A stretch of DNA of 64,000 bases, taken from positions 8,459-72,458 of the forward strand of contig CANNQU010000008.1 of NCBI GenBank assembly GCA_947507965.1, given 5' to 3'. Position 1 is the first letter of the stretch. Every line of letters starts with the position of its first letter. Position numbers and translations under genes: made by a program. Shown here piece by piece: positions 20,214-29,721 of this stretch. This DNA comes from Bacteroidota bacterium. Its GTDB lineage: Bacteria; Bacteroidota; Bacteroidia; UKL13-3. The notes beneath the pieces were generated by a model. It was not told where the DNA came from, made no database searches, and was given only the letters and a program-made list of their open reading frames with translations.

Positions 20214-21179
20214 TTATAGCCCGACCATTTCCTTTTTTTCGTGATCCCACACCTTAAGTTTAAAACAGGCAATAATGTCTCTCGGGTGTAATGATGTTTT
20301 TTTGGGATGCTGCAACTCTTCAAAATGGGCCATCGCTTCCGGCAATCGATAAAAAGGAATACGTGCGTTGAGGTGGTGGATGTGGTGGTAGCCAATATTT
20401 GCTGTTGCCCATCTCAGAAATGGATTTAATTTCATGTAACTGGAAGAATCGAGAGCAGCCCCTTCATACGTCCAATCTTCGTTTCCTACAAAGATTACTC
20501 CCGGGAAATTATGTTGTGCATAAAACAAATAGGCGCCCAGGGCCCCCGAAATAAAATGCGGAACAATACTAAACAGAATAAGGGCCTGCCATCCAAAAAA
20601 ATAGACCAGTGCAAATTGTCCTGAAAAATGAAAAATTAACGCAAAAAGAGAGTCGTAATGCTTCTTGAAGTTATTAATTAACGATTTGATACACATTCCG
20701 TAAATAAAAGCGAAGATATAACCGAATAATATGGTTAGTGGATGGCGAATAAAAAGATAAAGCCTCTGCTCGGATTTGGTGCTTTTCTCAAATTTCTTCT
20801 TGGTGAACACCGGATATGAGCCAATGCTTGCGCTAAAAAGCTTCGAATTGTTTTTATGGTGATAGTCGTGCGAACGCTTCCAAATACTTCTTGGCGCCAA
20901 AAAATAAAGACCAAAGAGCGTGAAAAGACCTTTCGCTACTGGTGAACGTTGTAAAATTGCTTCATGTAAGTAGTCGTGGTAAATAACAAATAGCCGGGCA
21001 AATGCCAATCCGCTAAATATACTACAAATGATTTTCAGTGAAAGGGGTATATTGATTAACGTCCCTGCCAGACTTAGGCATAAAATTACCATAGCCGATA
21101 AGGATAAAATCCAACTCTTTTTTCTATCTTCTTTAGCAAATTCACGCGTTGCTAATATTAATTGTTTGCCTTTGAGCAT
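20214..21179 (-). CDS. Membrane fatty-acid desaturase
   Basis: Three His boxes (HDYLHE, HDYHH, HHIHH) and TM segments. The track start at 21203 is TTG; I prefer the ATG at 21179 (MLKGKQ...). Confidence 0.88.
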   Translation of the reverse strand: MLKGKQLILATREFAKEDRKKSWILSLSAMVILCLSLAGTLINIPLSLKIICSIFSGLAFARLFVIYHDYLHEAILQRSPVAKGLFTLFGLYFLAPRSIWKRSHDYHHKNNSKLFSASIGSYPVFTKKKFEKSTKSEQRLYLFIRHPLTILFGYIFAFIYGMCIKSLINNFKKHYDSLFALIFHFSGQFALVYFFGWQALILFSIVPHFISGALGAYLFYAQHNFPGVIFVGNEDWTYEGAALDSSSYMKLNPFLRWATANIGYHHIHHLNARIPFYRLPEAMAHFEELQHPKKTSLHPRDIIACFKLKVWDHEKKEMVGL

Positions 21180-21416
21180 CTGTGCGAAATTACAAAATAC
21201 CAATTAAATATGCAAGAAAATGTCTGTTTTCGCAAAGTCATAGCACTGAAACACGTCCTTGAAATCCGATTTTTAAACGGTACGGGAATAGTACCTTTAC
21301 CATTGTTGTTTTAAAGCTACTGCCTTTGTGTATTGTGTAAAAGGAATGCTGAATGGCTAAAAAAAGTGATTTTCTTTCGAATCTTTAATACTATATTCCT
21401 TACTTTGCACAACAAA

Positions 21417-22412
21417 ATGAGAGGTCTTTTATTCTTCTTTTTCGGCACGATGTGTTTAGGTAGTAACGCGCAATTATTGCCTTCCTTTGGCAATAGCCGC
21501 ACGGGTACCGCTGGCATGCAATTCCTAAAAACAGGTGTTGATGCACGAAGTATGGGTATGGCTGGAGCCGTTGCCTCTTCACCGAATGATGCGAGTACGA
21601 TGTACTGGAACCCGGCCGGTATTACACAAATTGATTCGGGCACGAAATATAATCTTACCCTTAACCATTGCGGGTATTTTGCAAAAACAAAACTAGAACA
21701 AATTGCTTTTGTTTACAAACAAAAATATGGCTATTGGGGCTTTCAGCTTCTTTCGTTTCGATCGCCCAACATGAAAGAGACAACCGAGTTTCAGCCGGAT
21801 GGCACGGGAAGAACGTTTTCCTTTTCCGATGTGTTGATCGGCCTTTCTTATTCTCAACAACTCACCAATAATTTTAGTTTCGGCATCAGTAGTAAATATG
21901 TGAACGAAAGTTTTGCGGGTGTTACTACCAATAACGTGCTTTTCGATTTGGGCTTATTCTACGATATACACTTACGTAACACCCGTTTCGCAGCTGTTAT
22001 CAGTAACTTTGGTATCAATGTAAAACCACGAGGCGAGGTTACGGCCTTAAAACTTTCTGGGCCATCCACCACCAGCGACCTGAGTGCCTATAGTGCCCCC
22101 AGTTTGTTTCGTGTCGCCGTCTCTACGTTAGTATTCAGGAAAAAAGATAACCTATTGATGGGCACATTGCAATTAAATCACCCCGGCGACAATAATGAAA
22201 CGTTTGCTTTTGGCTTTGAATACGAATACAGAAAACTCTTGATCGCGCGCACTGGCTACGAGTTTGGGGCCGATGAAAATGGATTTCCTTCGGTTGGGGT
22301 AGGTATAAAATTGCCGAAACGGTATGGCGGGCTACGTTTCGACTACGGGTGGCAACATAAGCCTGTTTTTGGCAGTGTTCAACGAATCGGTATCGTAGCG
22401 TCTTTTAAATAA
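21417..22412 (+). CDS. Outer-membrane beta-barrel protein, PorV/PorQ-like or FadL-like
   Basis: Signal peptide (MRGLLFFFFGTMCLGSNAQ). The N-terminal GTAGMQFLKTGVDARSMGMAGA...DASTMYWNPAG resembles the PorV/PorQ family motif. Alternating beta-strand pattern. The family call rests on that motif only. Confidence 0.5.
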   Translation: MRGLLFFFFGTMCLGSNAQLLPSFGNSRTGTAGMQFLKTGVDARSMGMAGAVASSPNDASTMYWNPAGITQIDSGTKYNLTLNHCGYFAKTKLEQIAFVYKQKYGYWGFQLLSFRSPNMKETTEFQPDGTGRTFSFSDVLIGLSYSQQLTNNFSFGISSKYVNESFAGVTTNNVLFDLGLFYDIHLRNTRFAAVISNFGINVKPRGEVTALKLSGPSTTSDLSAYSAPSLFRVAVSTLVFRKKDNLLMGTLQLNHPGDNNETFAFGFEYEYRKLLIARTGYEFGADENGFPSVGVGIKLPKRYGGLRFDYGWQHKPVFGSVQRIGIVASFK

Positions 22413-22416
22413 TAAA

Positions 22417-23643
22417 ATGAAAAATCAATCCAAATATCTTCTCCTCTGTTTCCTCTTATCGATAGGATTAAGTAGTTGTTCTTTTTTGTTTGGTAGTAAA
22501 AAAGATAAAGAAGTCGATCAGATTTTTGAGCAGGGTCGTATCGACCCCAATCTGGTGCCAAGCAATGTTGGTTATGTTCCGGTTCTGCCGTTCTTTAATC
22601 AGTATATTAATCCGGTAGATGTATATGTAGGTTTCGACAATATGCTTTATGTGTGCGACGATATGGGGGTGCATATAAGTGATCTTTCGGGAAATGAATA
22701 TCGTGTTATCCCTATTCCGAAAGCGAGCAAGATCGTACAAGACCGGCGGCTGTTTACCTATGTTTGCGGCCGGGCAACAGTAACACGTAGTGGAAAAACA
22801 TACAACCTTCCGGCCGTTTATAAAATAATGAACGCGGCTACCGCAGGCGCTTACCAAATAATCGATACCCTCATTCAGCCCGATTGCGATGCCACGCGTA
22901 ATAACTTTCGGGGAAGCGAAGACGAAATAACAGCATTCACCGGAATTGCCACAACGTCCGACAACACCCTCTATGTAACCCGTACAGGACCACGAAACGA
23001 CGCAACTGCTTTTTCAGCGCCCGATAACGCTGTTTTGATTTTTGATGCTTCGGGGATAAACACAAGCTATGCTAAAGAGTTAAACGCCAATAACAGCAGT
23101 TTGAAATCCGTTCTCGGACTTACCGGTATTGCCTCCTTTTGTGCTCCTCCACAAGTTCAATTTGGAATGAACCCAAGCAAGGACTTTTTTGTTTTACAGG
23201 GCGATTTATCGCAGCCTGTTGAATTTCGTACACTTTGGATTAAACATAACGTGGATGCAAGTTCCGGAGAAACCACCTATGGTCAAAATAGCGATTTGTT
23301 GTTGATGGATACCTCCAAAGCAACGCACTTTTTATACGAATCGTATCATTTAAAGCATCCGGTTGATATTTGTATTTCACCCGACAAAAACGGATATATT
23401 TTCGTGGTGGATGATTTATTAGATTCTGTTTTTGTTTTTACACAAGCCGGATACGAAGGGGTAAACGCCCCCGCAACATCGATCAATAAAAAACAAATCA
23501 TCGCATCCTTCGGAGGGCCTGGTTTCGATTTGTTTCATTTTAAAAAGTGTAGCGGCGTAGCCTATTTTAACAAGGTATTATACATTGCCGACAAAGAAAA
23601 CAATCGTGTTTGTAGATACAAACTAAGCACCGATATTGAGTAG
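22417..23643 (+). CDS. Lipoprotein with a probable NHL-like beta-propeller
   Basis: Lipobox LSSCS. Repeated ...YV.D..n..v..f/y segments, ending in VLYIADKENNRVCRYKL. Starts 4 nt after the preceding barrel gene. Confidence 0.6.
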   Translation: MKNQSKYLLLCFLLSIGLSSCSFLFGSKKDKEVDQIFEQGRIDPNLVPSNVGYVPVLPFFNQYINPVDVYVGFDNMLYVCDDMGVHISDLSGNEYRVIPIPKASKIVQDRRLFTYVCGRATVTRSGKTYNLPAVYKIMNAATAGAYQIIDTLIQPDCDATRNNFRGSEDEITAFTGIATTSDNTLYVTRTGPRNDATAFSAPDNAVLIFDASGINTSYAKELNANNSSLKSVLGLTGIASFCAPPQVQFGMNPSKDFFVLQGDLSQPVEFRTLWIKHNVDASSGETTYGQNSDLLLMDTSKATHFLYESYHLKHPVDICISPDKNGYIFVVDDLLDSVFVFTQAGYEGVNAPATSINKKQIIASFGGPGFDLFHFKKCSGVAYFNKVLYIADKENNRVCRYKLSTDIE

Positions 23644-23671
23644 GAAAGGGTGTGGGGTAGTTATTGTCTAA

Positions 23672-23711
23672 AAATAATTGTCATTTGTATTGAAACAAAT
23701 GACAATTATTT
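23672..23711. terminator. Perfect 17-bp stem / 6-nt loop hairpin between convergent genes (candidate bidirectional terminator)
   Basis: AAATAATTGTCATTTGT-ATTGAA-ACAAATGACAATTATTT, 29 nt after the stop at 23643. Flanked by A/T runs. Confidence 0.7.
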
Positions 23712-23769
23712 AAATTATTTTCATAATTCTACAGGCTTTTTTATTCATTAATCGAGGGCTTCGTTAAAG

Positions 23770-23819
23770 GGTTCTTTTAACGATACAAAGGTCAACAAGA
23801 AAATTCTTTTAAAAGAACC
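23770..23819 (-). terminator. Second inverted repeat downstream of the CAP-domain gene (possible terminator)
   Basis: GGTTCTTTTAA (23770-23780) pairs with TTAAAAGAACC (23809-23819). Nested 14-bp palindrome TTCTTTTAAAAGAA at 23804-23817. Confidence 0.35.
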
Positions 23820-23931
23820 ATTTTGTTCTAAAAATTAGAATTTGAATCGGGAGACGGGTCGGTTCATGTGGCCGTAATCTCTTCGTTTTCTTGCACTGGT
23901 TGTGATTACGTAGAACACCCTGAACCAAAAA

Positions 23932-24693
23932 TCAATTGCTTGCCGAAAAATCAATCACCACATTTTCCCCATAAGACGTATGTGGTTGTATTGAAACACC
24001 CGCCGTCTTTAGCCCATCGAGTAAAATTATTTCTCGATGCCCGAGCGAAGGCACTCCATCATCAACCAATAATTGTAATACATAATTTAATGCCGCATTG
24101 GAGGAGTAGTTCGCACGGCCATAAGCACAACACTCAGCACTGTATCCTTTGCTACAACCATTTCTACGTTCGTGCCCCACATAACCCGTCCGTCCGCTTT
24201 CCTGAGCGTGACATAGTGCCAGCCTAAACATTTTTTTGCTGGCCTTCAGCGGTGCCACCGGCTTCATTCTTCGAAGCGTTTCTAGTAATGTTTTTTCATA
24301 ATAGCTGGTGGTGTCTCTTAGATTTGGAATCACGTACTTTTTTAAAAATTCTTGTGGCTTTACGCGAGCATAATTCATATAATACAGAATGCTCTTTTCG
24401 GTAGGCGTTTGAAACGAGTCGTTAGAAACCTCTGCGTCTGAACCAAAATTGGCCGCCGTATGCGTGTTGGTAGGCTTTCTGGGACTTCCTGTTGCACGAC
24501 TCGTTAAATAGGCAATACTATCTTTTAATTCCTTATTCTGTTGCTCTAGTTTTTTATTGTTACCATTCAGCTTTTTTATTGTTGCTCGTTGACTGGCGTT
24601 GGTCGAAACAACGTGTTGATATTTTGTGATACTTACACATCCTTGTAATAAGATGGCTGCCGTTACAAACGCGAGGAGTGGTTTCATGATCAA
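23932..24693 (-). CDS. CAP/SCP-domain lipoprotein
   Basis: Signal peptide with LQGC. C-terminal half has YMNYARVKPQEF..., HAQESGRTGYVGHE... and GHREIIL, typical of the CAP (CRISP/Ag5/PR-1) superfamily. Confidence 0.75.
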   Translation of the reverse strand: MIMKPLLAFVTAAILLQGCVSITKYQHVVSTNASQRATIKKLNGNNKKLEQQNKELKDSIAYLTSRATGSPRKPTNTHTAANFGSDAEVSNDSFQTPTEKSILYYMNYARVKPQEFLKKYVIPNLRDTTSYYEKTLLETLRRMKPVAPLKASKKMFRLALCHAQESGRTGYVGHERRNGCSKGYSAECCAYGRANYSSNAALNYVLQLLVDDGVPSLGHREIILLDGLKTAGVSIQPHTSYGENVVIDFSASN

Positions 24694-24811
24694 TAATTTT
24701 TTACTGCGTGCAATGGTACTGCATCATACATGCTGTTTATTAAACCGAAGAACGATTAGGTAAATAATTTATTGTGAAAGCGTTTTAAAATACGTGTTTG
24801 GCGGTATCCCG

Positions 24812-25483
24812 TTAAAGGTCTTTCCACTTCGTTGAAAGCCAAATAAAGAAATTGGCTATTAGCAGATAAAAAAATAAAAAGCTTGTTTGGTCGGTCGGTC
24901 GTTTTAACTCCTTTGTTTGTGTTGAGGTGTCATCCGCTCCTTCTTCTAGCTTGCTCCTAGGGTTATTGGAGGCCATCTTTTTTTTCTTGGAATAACTCGA
25001 CTGGTTCGTTAACCACGTGCCTAACAACGCTGCTAGAAAGCTCAGAAAAAGAACAATACCAATAACCAGGATTAGGTCGAAAATATCCGTTAAAATTATC
25101 CCAACAATGATTAATGCTATTGAGCCAAGTAACATCCATCCAAAAATTTTATAGTCATCCTTTGGTGGTTCTTTTTTTCCTAATCCGCTTTGCAACAAAG
25201 GTTGCGTTTGGGCATATTTTTCTAGCTTCGTCGAAGCAGGAGCCAACTTTTGATACCGTATTTGGATATTTGACTTTTCTGTGGGTGGTGGTATCTTCTT
25301 TATGGTGAAGCCCAAAAGGTGCTGCTCCTCTGTTTTTACGGTAGGTGTTAACACGGCTGTTTCAAGAATCGTGGCTTCCCGAAGAGCTACTGATTTTTTT
25401 TGAATTGTGGCCCTGGGTAAAAAATGATATCTGCTGCAGGAGGTAAGAATTAATACAGAAAGGATAATGAATATTCGTTTCAT
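24812..25483 (-). CDS. Hypothetical membrane lipoprotein
   Basis: Lipobox LTSCS, two central TM helices plus one C-terminal hydrophobic helix. No recognised family. Confidence 0.6.
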   Translation of the reverse strand: MKRIFIILSVLILTSCSRYHFLPRATIQKKSVALREATILETAVLTPTVKTEEQHLLGFTIKKIPPPTEKSNIQIRYQKLAPASTKLEKYAQTQPLLQSGLGKKEPPKDDYKIFGWMLLGSIALIIVGIILTDIFDLILVIGIVLFLSFLAALLGTWLTNQSSYSKKKKMASNNPRSKLEEGADDTSTQTKELKRPTDQTSFLFFYLLIANFFIWLSTKWKDL

Positions 25484-25532
25484 GTGGCCCTGGTTTTATT
25501 GCTTACTAAATCTGAACATGTTTGTGTCCTGG

Positions 25533-26690
25533 TTATTGCCCGGTTTTTTTCTTCATGGTATTAAACCCATAGCTAACCCCAAACTGCAATGCTCCTTTAC
25601 GTGGAACAACATAAAAGTTTAAGGGCATGTTCAGCTTTCCCGATTTAAATGTTTTTCCTGCAGCAAATAAGATTCCTGGTTTTGCGGTAACCTCTCCCCT
25701 GGCGTCGTTACGGTTAATTATTTCGGCCGGATTACGAACATAGGAGTAGATATGGGTAACAGAGTCGTAACGGTCTCCTTGATATTCATATTCCATGTGC
25801 CATTTGCCCGTATTGTCCTGATAGGAATTGGCCGTTTTGGTCCACGTAATGGTAGGCCCAAAAGCAAACTCCCAACCACTTTTAGAGCTCCTGAAGCCGG
25901 TAAGAAAAGTAAAGCTAGGAATAAAACGCCCTTGATCAACCCCGGAAATCGTTGGTAGAAACTCAAACATCGCTTGGAAGTTTCCTTCATTCAGATACAT
26001 TTTTTCAAATTGATACCCAAATTGAAACATCGCCGGGTACCCCCCATAACCTCCATCTTCTTTAGCGCGTTTAATGAACTCCGCGGCTGTCCCGGTCAAA
26101 AACCCAAACCCAAAACGAGGGCCTCCGATACTTACGGTTAACTCTTTTGAATTATTTACTGCATTAGCGATCGCATTTTTTTGATCTAGATTTTGTTTCG
26201 TCACGTCGTCTATCTTAATCCCATACATTTCTTTTAAAGAAACCTCTATCAAAACCTCTATTTCTTGCGCTCCGTCGGGAAATTCTTTCGTGATCGTTTT
26301 TTGGGTGTTACCGGTTTTCATATCTATTTCCCGGAACATGATTAAAACTTTATTGTTCATCATTTCAATGGACCCACCTAACATATAGTCGGCTTGTAGT
26401 TGTTTTCCTGCCTCCAAAATACAGTCTTTATTCAAACACTCATCGGTATTAATATTGTTTTGCTTCATCACATCTTCAATATCGTAACGATCCATAACTT
26501 CGTAAATGTTTAATTTGCCTAGCTCTATTCGCACGAGTTGAGTAAACGGTTGTTCGGCCTTCCACCCTCTCGATTCTATTTTTACAATTCCTATTTTTGG
26601 CTGAATGTTTTGCGCTCTTACGTTAACAACCATTAAAAGTATGGCGGCTATAATAACGGTCTTCATTTTTGATGAATTAAATTTTTTCAT
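25533..26690 (-). CDS. Outer-membrane protein: N-terminal CsgG/LpoB-like module fused to a C-terminal beta-barrel (paralog 1)
   Basis: Signal peptide ...VNVRAQN. N-terminal domain has ELGKLNIYEVMDRYDIEDVMKQ...AGKQLQADYMLGGSI. C-terminal half alternates hydrophobic residues and ends FGVSYGFN. Strongly similar to the next gene. Confidence 0.7.
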   Translation of the reverse strand: MKKFNSSKMKTVIIAAILLMVVNVRAQNIQPKIGIVKIESRGWKAEQPFTQLVRIELGKLNIYEVMDRYDIEDVMKQNNINTDECLNKDCILEAGKQLQADYMLGGSIEMMNNKVLIMFREIDMKTGNTQKTITKEFPDGAQEIEVLIEVSLKEMYGIKIDDVTKQNLDQKNAIANAVNNSKELTVSIGGPRFGFGFLTGTAAEFIKRAKEDGGYGGYPAMFQFGYQFEKMYLNEGNFQAMFEFLPTISGVDQGRFIPSFTFLTGFRSSKSGWEFAFGPTITWTKTANSYQDNTGKWHMEYEYQGDRYDSVTHIYSYVRNPAEIINRNDARGEVTAKPGILFAAGKTFKSGKLNMPLNFYVVPRKGALQFGVSYGFNTMKKKTGQ

Positions 26691-26750
26691 GGGGGTTCGA
26701 TTTTAAAATATCGTTGGGATTTGTTTTGTGATTATATTGTCTTCGAAGTC

Positions 26751-27878
26751 TTAATTATTGGATGGCTTGCTTTTCATGGCGTTAAACCCATAGCTAACCC
26801 CAAATTGTAAAGAGTTCTGCCGAGGCACCACATAAAAGTTAAGTGGCATATTCAATTTCCCCGACTTAAAGGTTTTGCCTACTGCGAGCAATAAACCCGG
26901 TTTTGTTTTAATACTTCCGCGGGTATCGCTTCTGGTTTGTAGTTGCTTATTCACCGGGTTGTAGTTGCCGTCGCCATTATTAAAGTGCCATGTACCACTT
27001 TCCATGTATCCCTCTGCTTCTCTGGTCCAGGTAAGCGTTGGGCCCAGCGCAAATTCCCATCCACCGTGGGCACTACGAAAACCGTTTAATAGGGTGAAAC
27101 TGGGTAACATAAGCCCTTGGTCCATTCCCGACAAGCTTGGTATAAACTCTACAAGGGCTTGTAGATTTCCTTCGTCAAGGTACATTTTCTCAAATTGATA
27201 TCCAAACTGAAACATCGCCGGATAGCCCCCGTGCCCTCCCTGAGACTTTGGGCGTGTCATAAAGTTTGCGGTATATCCAGTAAAAAACGCGAAACCAAAA
27301 CGTGGCCCCCCGATACTTACCGTGGCGTCGCCCGGGTTGGTTACCGCCGTCGTCATCGTATTCTTTTTGTCTAGGTTTTGTTTGTTTGGGTCGGTGATTT
27401 TTATACTGTACATTTCCTTAAGCGCCACCTCTATCATTACCTGCATCTCTATTTTTGCGTCGGGATAATCTTTGATAACGGTATGGGTGGTGTTGCCCGA
27501 TAACACATCAACCTCTCGAAACATTACCAACACCTTGTTATTAAATTTTTCCAGGCTGCCGCTGAGCACGTAATCAGCTTTTAAAAGTTTACCCATCTCT
27601 AGTAAACATGCTTTACTCATACACGCCTCGTCTTTCTTGTTGTTTCGCTTTAGCATATCTTCTACGTCGTAACGATCAACCACATCATAGAGATTCAGCT
27701 TTCCTAATTCAATGCGAGTTAATTGTGTTGTGGACTGATTTTCTGTCCATCCCTTTGAATCAATATAAACAATGCCCACCCTCTTTAATACATTTTGGGC
27801 TTGGAGATAGGCGCCTGTAACACAAAAAATGGTTATTAGTAAAACAATTCTTCGAATAAATAAGATGATACCTTTCAT
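26751..27878 (-). CDS. Outer-membrane protein: N-terminal CsgG/LpoB-like module fused to a C-terminal beta-barrel (paralog 2)
   Basis: Same architecture. Identical blocks include VSIGGPRFGF, GGYPAMFQFGYQFEKMYL, GKTFKSGKLNMPLNFYVVPR and LQFGVSYGFN. Start moved to the ATG at 27878 (MKGIILF...). Confidence 0.7.
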   Translation of the reverse strand: MKGIILFIRRIVLLITIFCVTGAYLQAQNVLKRVGIVYIDSKGWTENQSTTQLTRIELGKLNLYDVVDRYDVEDMLKRNNKKDEACMSKACLLEMGKLLKADYVLSGSLEKFNNKVLVMFREVDVLSGNTTHTVIKDYPDAKIEMQVMIEVALKEMYSIKITDPNKQNLDKKNTMTTAVTNPGDATVSIGGPRFGFAFFTGYTANFMTRPKSQGGHGGYPAMFQFGYQFEKMYLDEGNLQALVEFIPSLSGMDQGLMLPSFTLLNGFRSAHGGWEFALGPTLTWTREAEGYMESGTWHFNNGDGNYNPVNKQLQTRSDTRGSIKTKPGLLLAVGKTFKSGKLNMPLNFYVVPRQNSLQFGVSYGFNAMKSKPSNN

Positions 27879-28017
27879 GATTGAATAATGGGTTAATGAA
27901 TAATAATGGGGCGAAACTAATTTATAAAAAAGCCGGATTCCTAGTAAATGTTGCAACCAAAGGTAAAAGATTTTGCAAATAATGCCAAAATGTTTTTTGG
28001 GCTTGTTTCCTTCGTGG

Positions 28018-29562
28018 TTAGTTTCCCCAGGTCTCTTTATCCAAACTTCGGTATTGAATAGCCTCCGCCAAGTGTTCTATTCGTATTTCGGGGCTTGCCG
28101 CAAGGTCGGCAATGGTGCGCGACACCTTTAATATTCTATCGTATGCCCGGGCACTGAGGCCTTGGCGCTCCATGGCTGTTTTTAGTAGGGTTTGCCCGGC
28201 AACACTTATCTCGCACACTTCTTTTACTTGTCGGCCACTCATCTGTGAGTTACTGTAAATTTGATACTCGCCTTTAAATCTGTTTGCTTGTATTTCTCTG
28301 GCCAGGATTACCCGGTCACGTATTTTCTCACTCTGTTCGGCTGTTCGGGTGGTGCTGCTTAGCTCAGAAAAACTCACCGGCGTTACTTCCACATGAATAT
28401 CTATTCGGTCGAGCAGGGGCCCACTAATTTTGTTTAAATATTTTTGTACTATCCCGGGGCCGCAAACACAGTCTTTTTCGGGATGATTGAAATAACCGCA
28501 TGGACACGGATTCATTGACGCTACAAGCATAAAGCTTGCGGGATATTCTACGGCAAATTTCGCCCTCGAAATCGTAATCATTCGTTCTTCCAGGGGCTGG
28601 CGCATCACCTCTAAAACTTGTCTTTTAAATTCGGGTAATTCATCTAAAAATAACACCCCATTATGCGCTAGCGATATTTCTCCCGGTTGGGGGTTTCCGC
28701 CCCCTCCCACCAAGGCCACATCGCTAATGGTGTGATGGGGCGAACGAAAGGGACGAACATTTATTAGGCCCATTTCTTTACTAAGCTTTCCGGCCACGCT
28801 ATGTATTTTGGTGGTTTCTAACGCTTCGTGTAACGAAAGTGGCGGGAGTATGGTTGGAAGGCGTTTCGCCAACATCGTTTTCCCTGCACCTGGGGGTCCT
28901 ATTAAAATTACATTATGGCCTCCGGCTGCGGCTATTTCCAGCGCTCGTTTTATATTTTCCTGACCTTTTACATCGCTAAAGTCTACATCCGTATTTTGCT
29001 GTTTATTAGAAAACTCTTCTCGCGTGTTAAATACTTCTCTTGGCGGTTTTATTCCTTCTTTAAAAAAAGAAACGATCTCCTTAATGTTGTCGATTCCATA
29101 AACTTCCAGGTCGCTTACGATGGCCGCTTCGCGTGCGTTTTGTTTGGGTAAAATAAACCCTTTAAACCCTTCTTTTCGTGCCTGAATAGCAATGGGCAAA
29201 ACCCCCTTAATGGGTACCACGGTTCCATCAAAACTTAGCTCTCCCATAATAATATATTCGCCCACCTCGTGTGCCGGAATTTCTCCAGATGCCGCCAAAA
29301 TTGCAGTAGCCAATGTTACGTCATAAGCACTTCCCTCCTTGCGAATATCGGCTGGTGCCATATTCACTAAGATCCTTAAACCACGAAGCGGTATTCGATT
29401 GTTTTTAAAGGCCGTTTCTATTCGAGTTTGGCTCTCTTTAACGGCGTTGTCGGGCAAGCCCACAATGTAAAAGTGTGGAACACCTTCACTAACATTTACT
29501 TCAACAGTAATAGAAATTGCGTTTACGCCATAAACAGCGCTTCCATACGTTTTTACTAACAT
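28018..29562 (-). CDS. YifB/ComM-family Mg-chelatase-like AAA+ ATPase
   Basis: N-terminal Lon-protease-like domain, Walker A LIGPPGAGKT, VLFLDELPEF, C-terminal ChlI-like region. Confidence 0.9.
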   Translation of the reverse strand: MLVKTYGSAVYGVNAISITVEVNVSEGVPHFYIVGLPDNAVKESQTRIETAFKNNRIPLRGLRILVNMAPADIRKEGSAYDVTLATAILAASGEIPAHEVGEYIIMGELSFDGTVVPIKGVLPIAIQARKEGFKGFILPKQNAREAAIVSDLEVYGIDNIKEIVSFFKEGIKPPREVFNTREEFSNKQQNTDVDFSDVKGQENIKRALEIAAAGGHNVILIGPPGAGKTMLAKRLPTILPPLSLHEALETTKIHSVAGKLSKEMGLINVRPFRSPHHTISDVALVGGGGNPQPGEISLAHNGVLFLDELPEFKRQVLEVMRQPLEERMITISRAKFAVEYPASFMLVASMNPCPCGYFNHPEKDCVCGPGIVQKYLNKISGPLLDRIDIHVEVTPVSFSELSSTTRTAEQSEKIRDRVILAREIQANRFKGEYQIYSNSQMSGRQVKEVCEISVAGQTLLKTAMERQGLSARAYDRILKVSRTIADLAASPEIRIEHLAEAIQYRSLDKETWGN

Positions 29563-29721
29563 ATTCGATTGTTTTTATTACTGCGAAGGTAGAAAAAATT
29601 GTTAGTACGTTGGCCCTTTTCTTTTTTTCGTGAGTTTCTTAGAAAGAACCGATGATTAAAATAATCAACGATTATACCATATGGACCTTGTTTTTTAGAT
29701 AAAAACAGGAAAATGGTTACT

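Noticed and set aside
21317-21643. 108-aa minus-strand ORF and other antisense ORFs (for example 373-594, 7200-7589, 19195-19512, 42106-42381, 52453-52704)
   Set aside because: All lie antisense within, or overlap, strongly supported genes and show no recognisable motifs. They are typical shadow ORFs.
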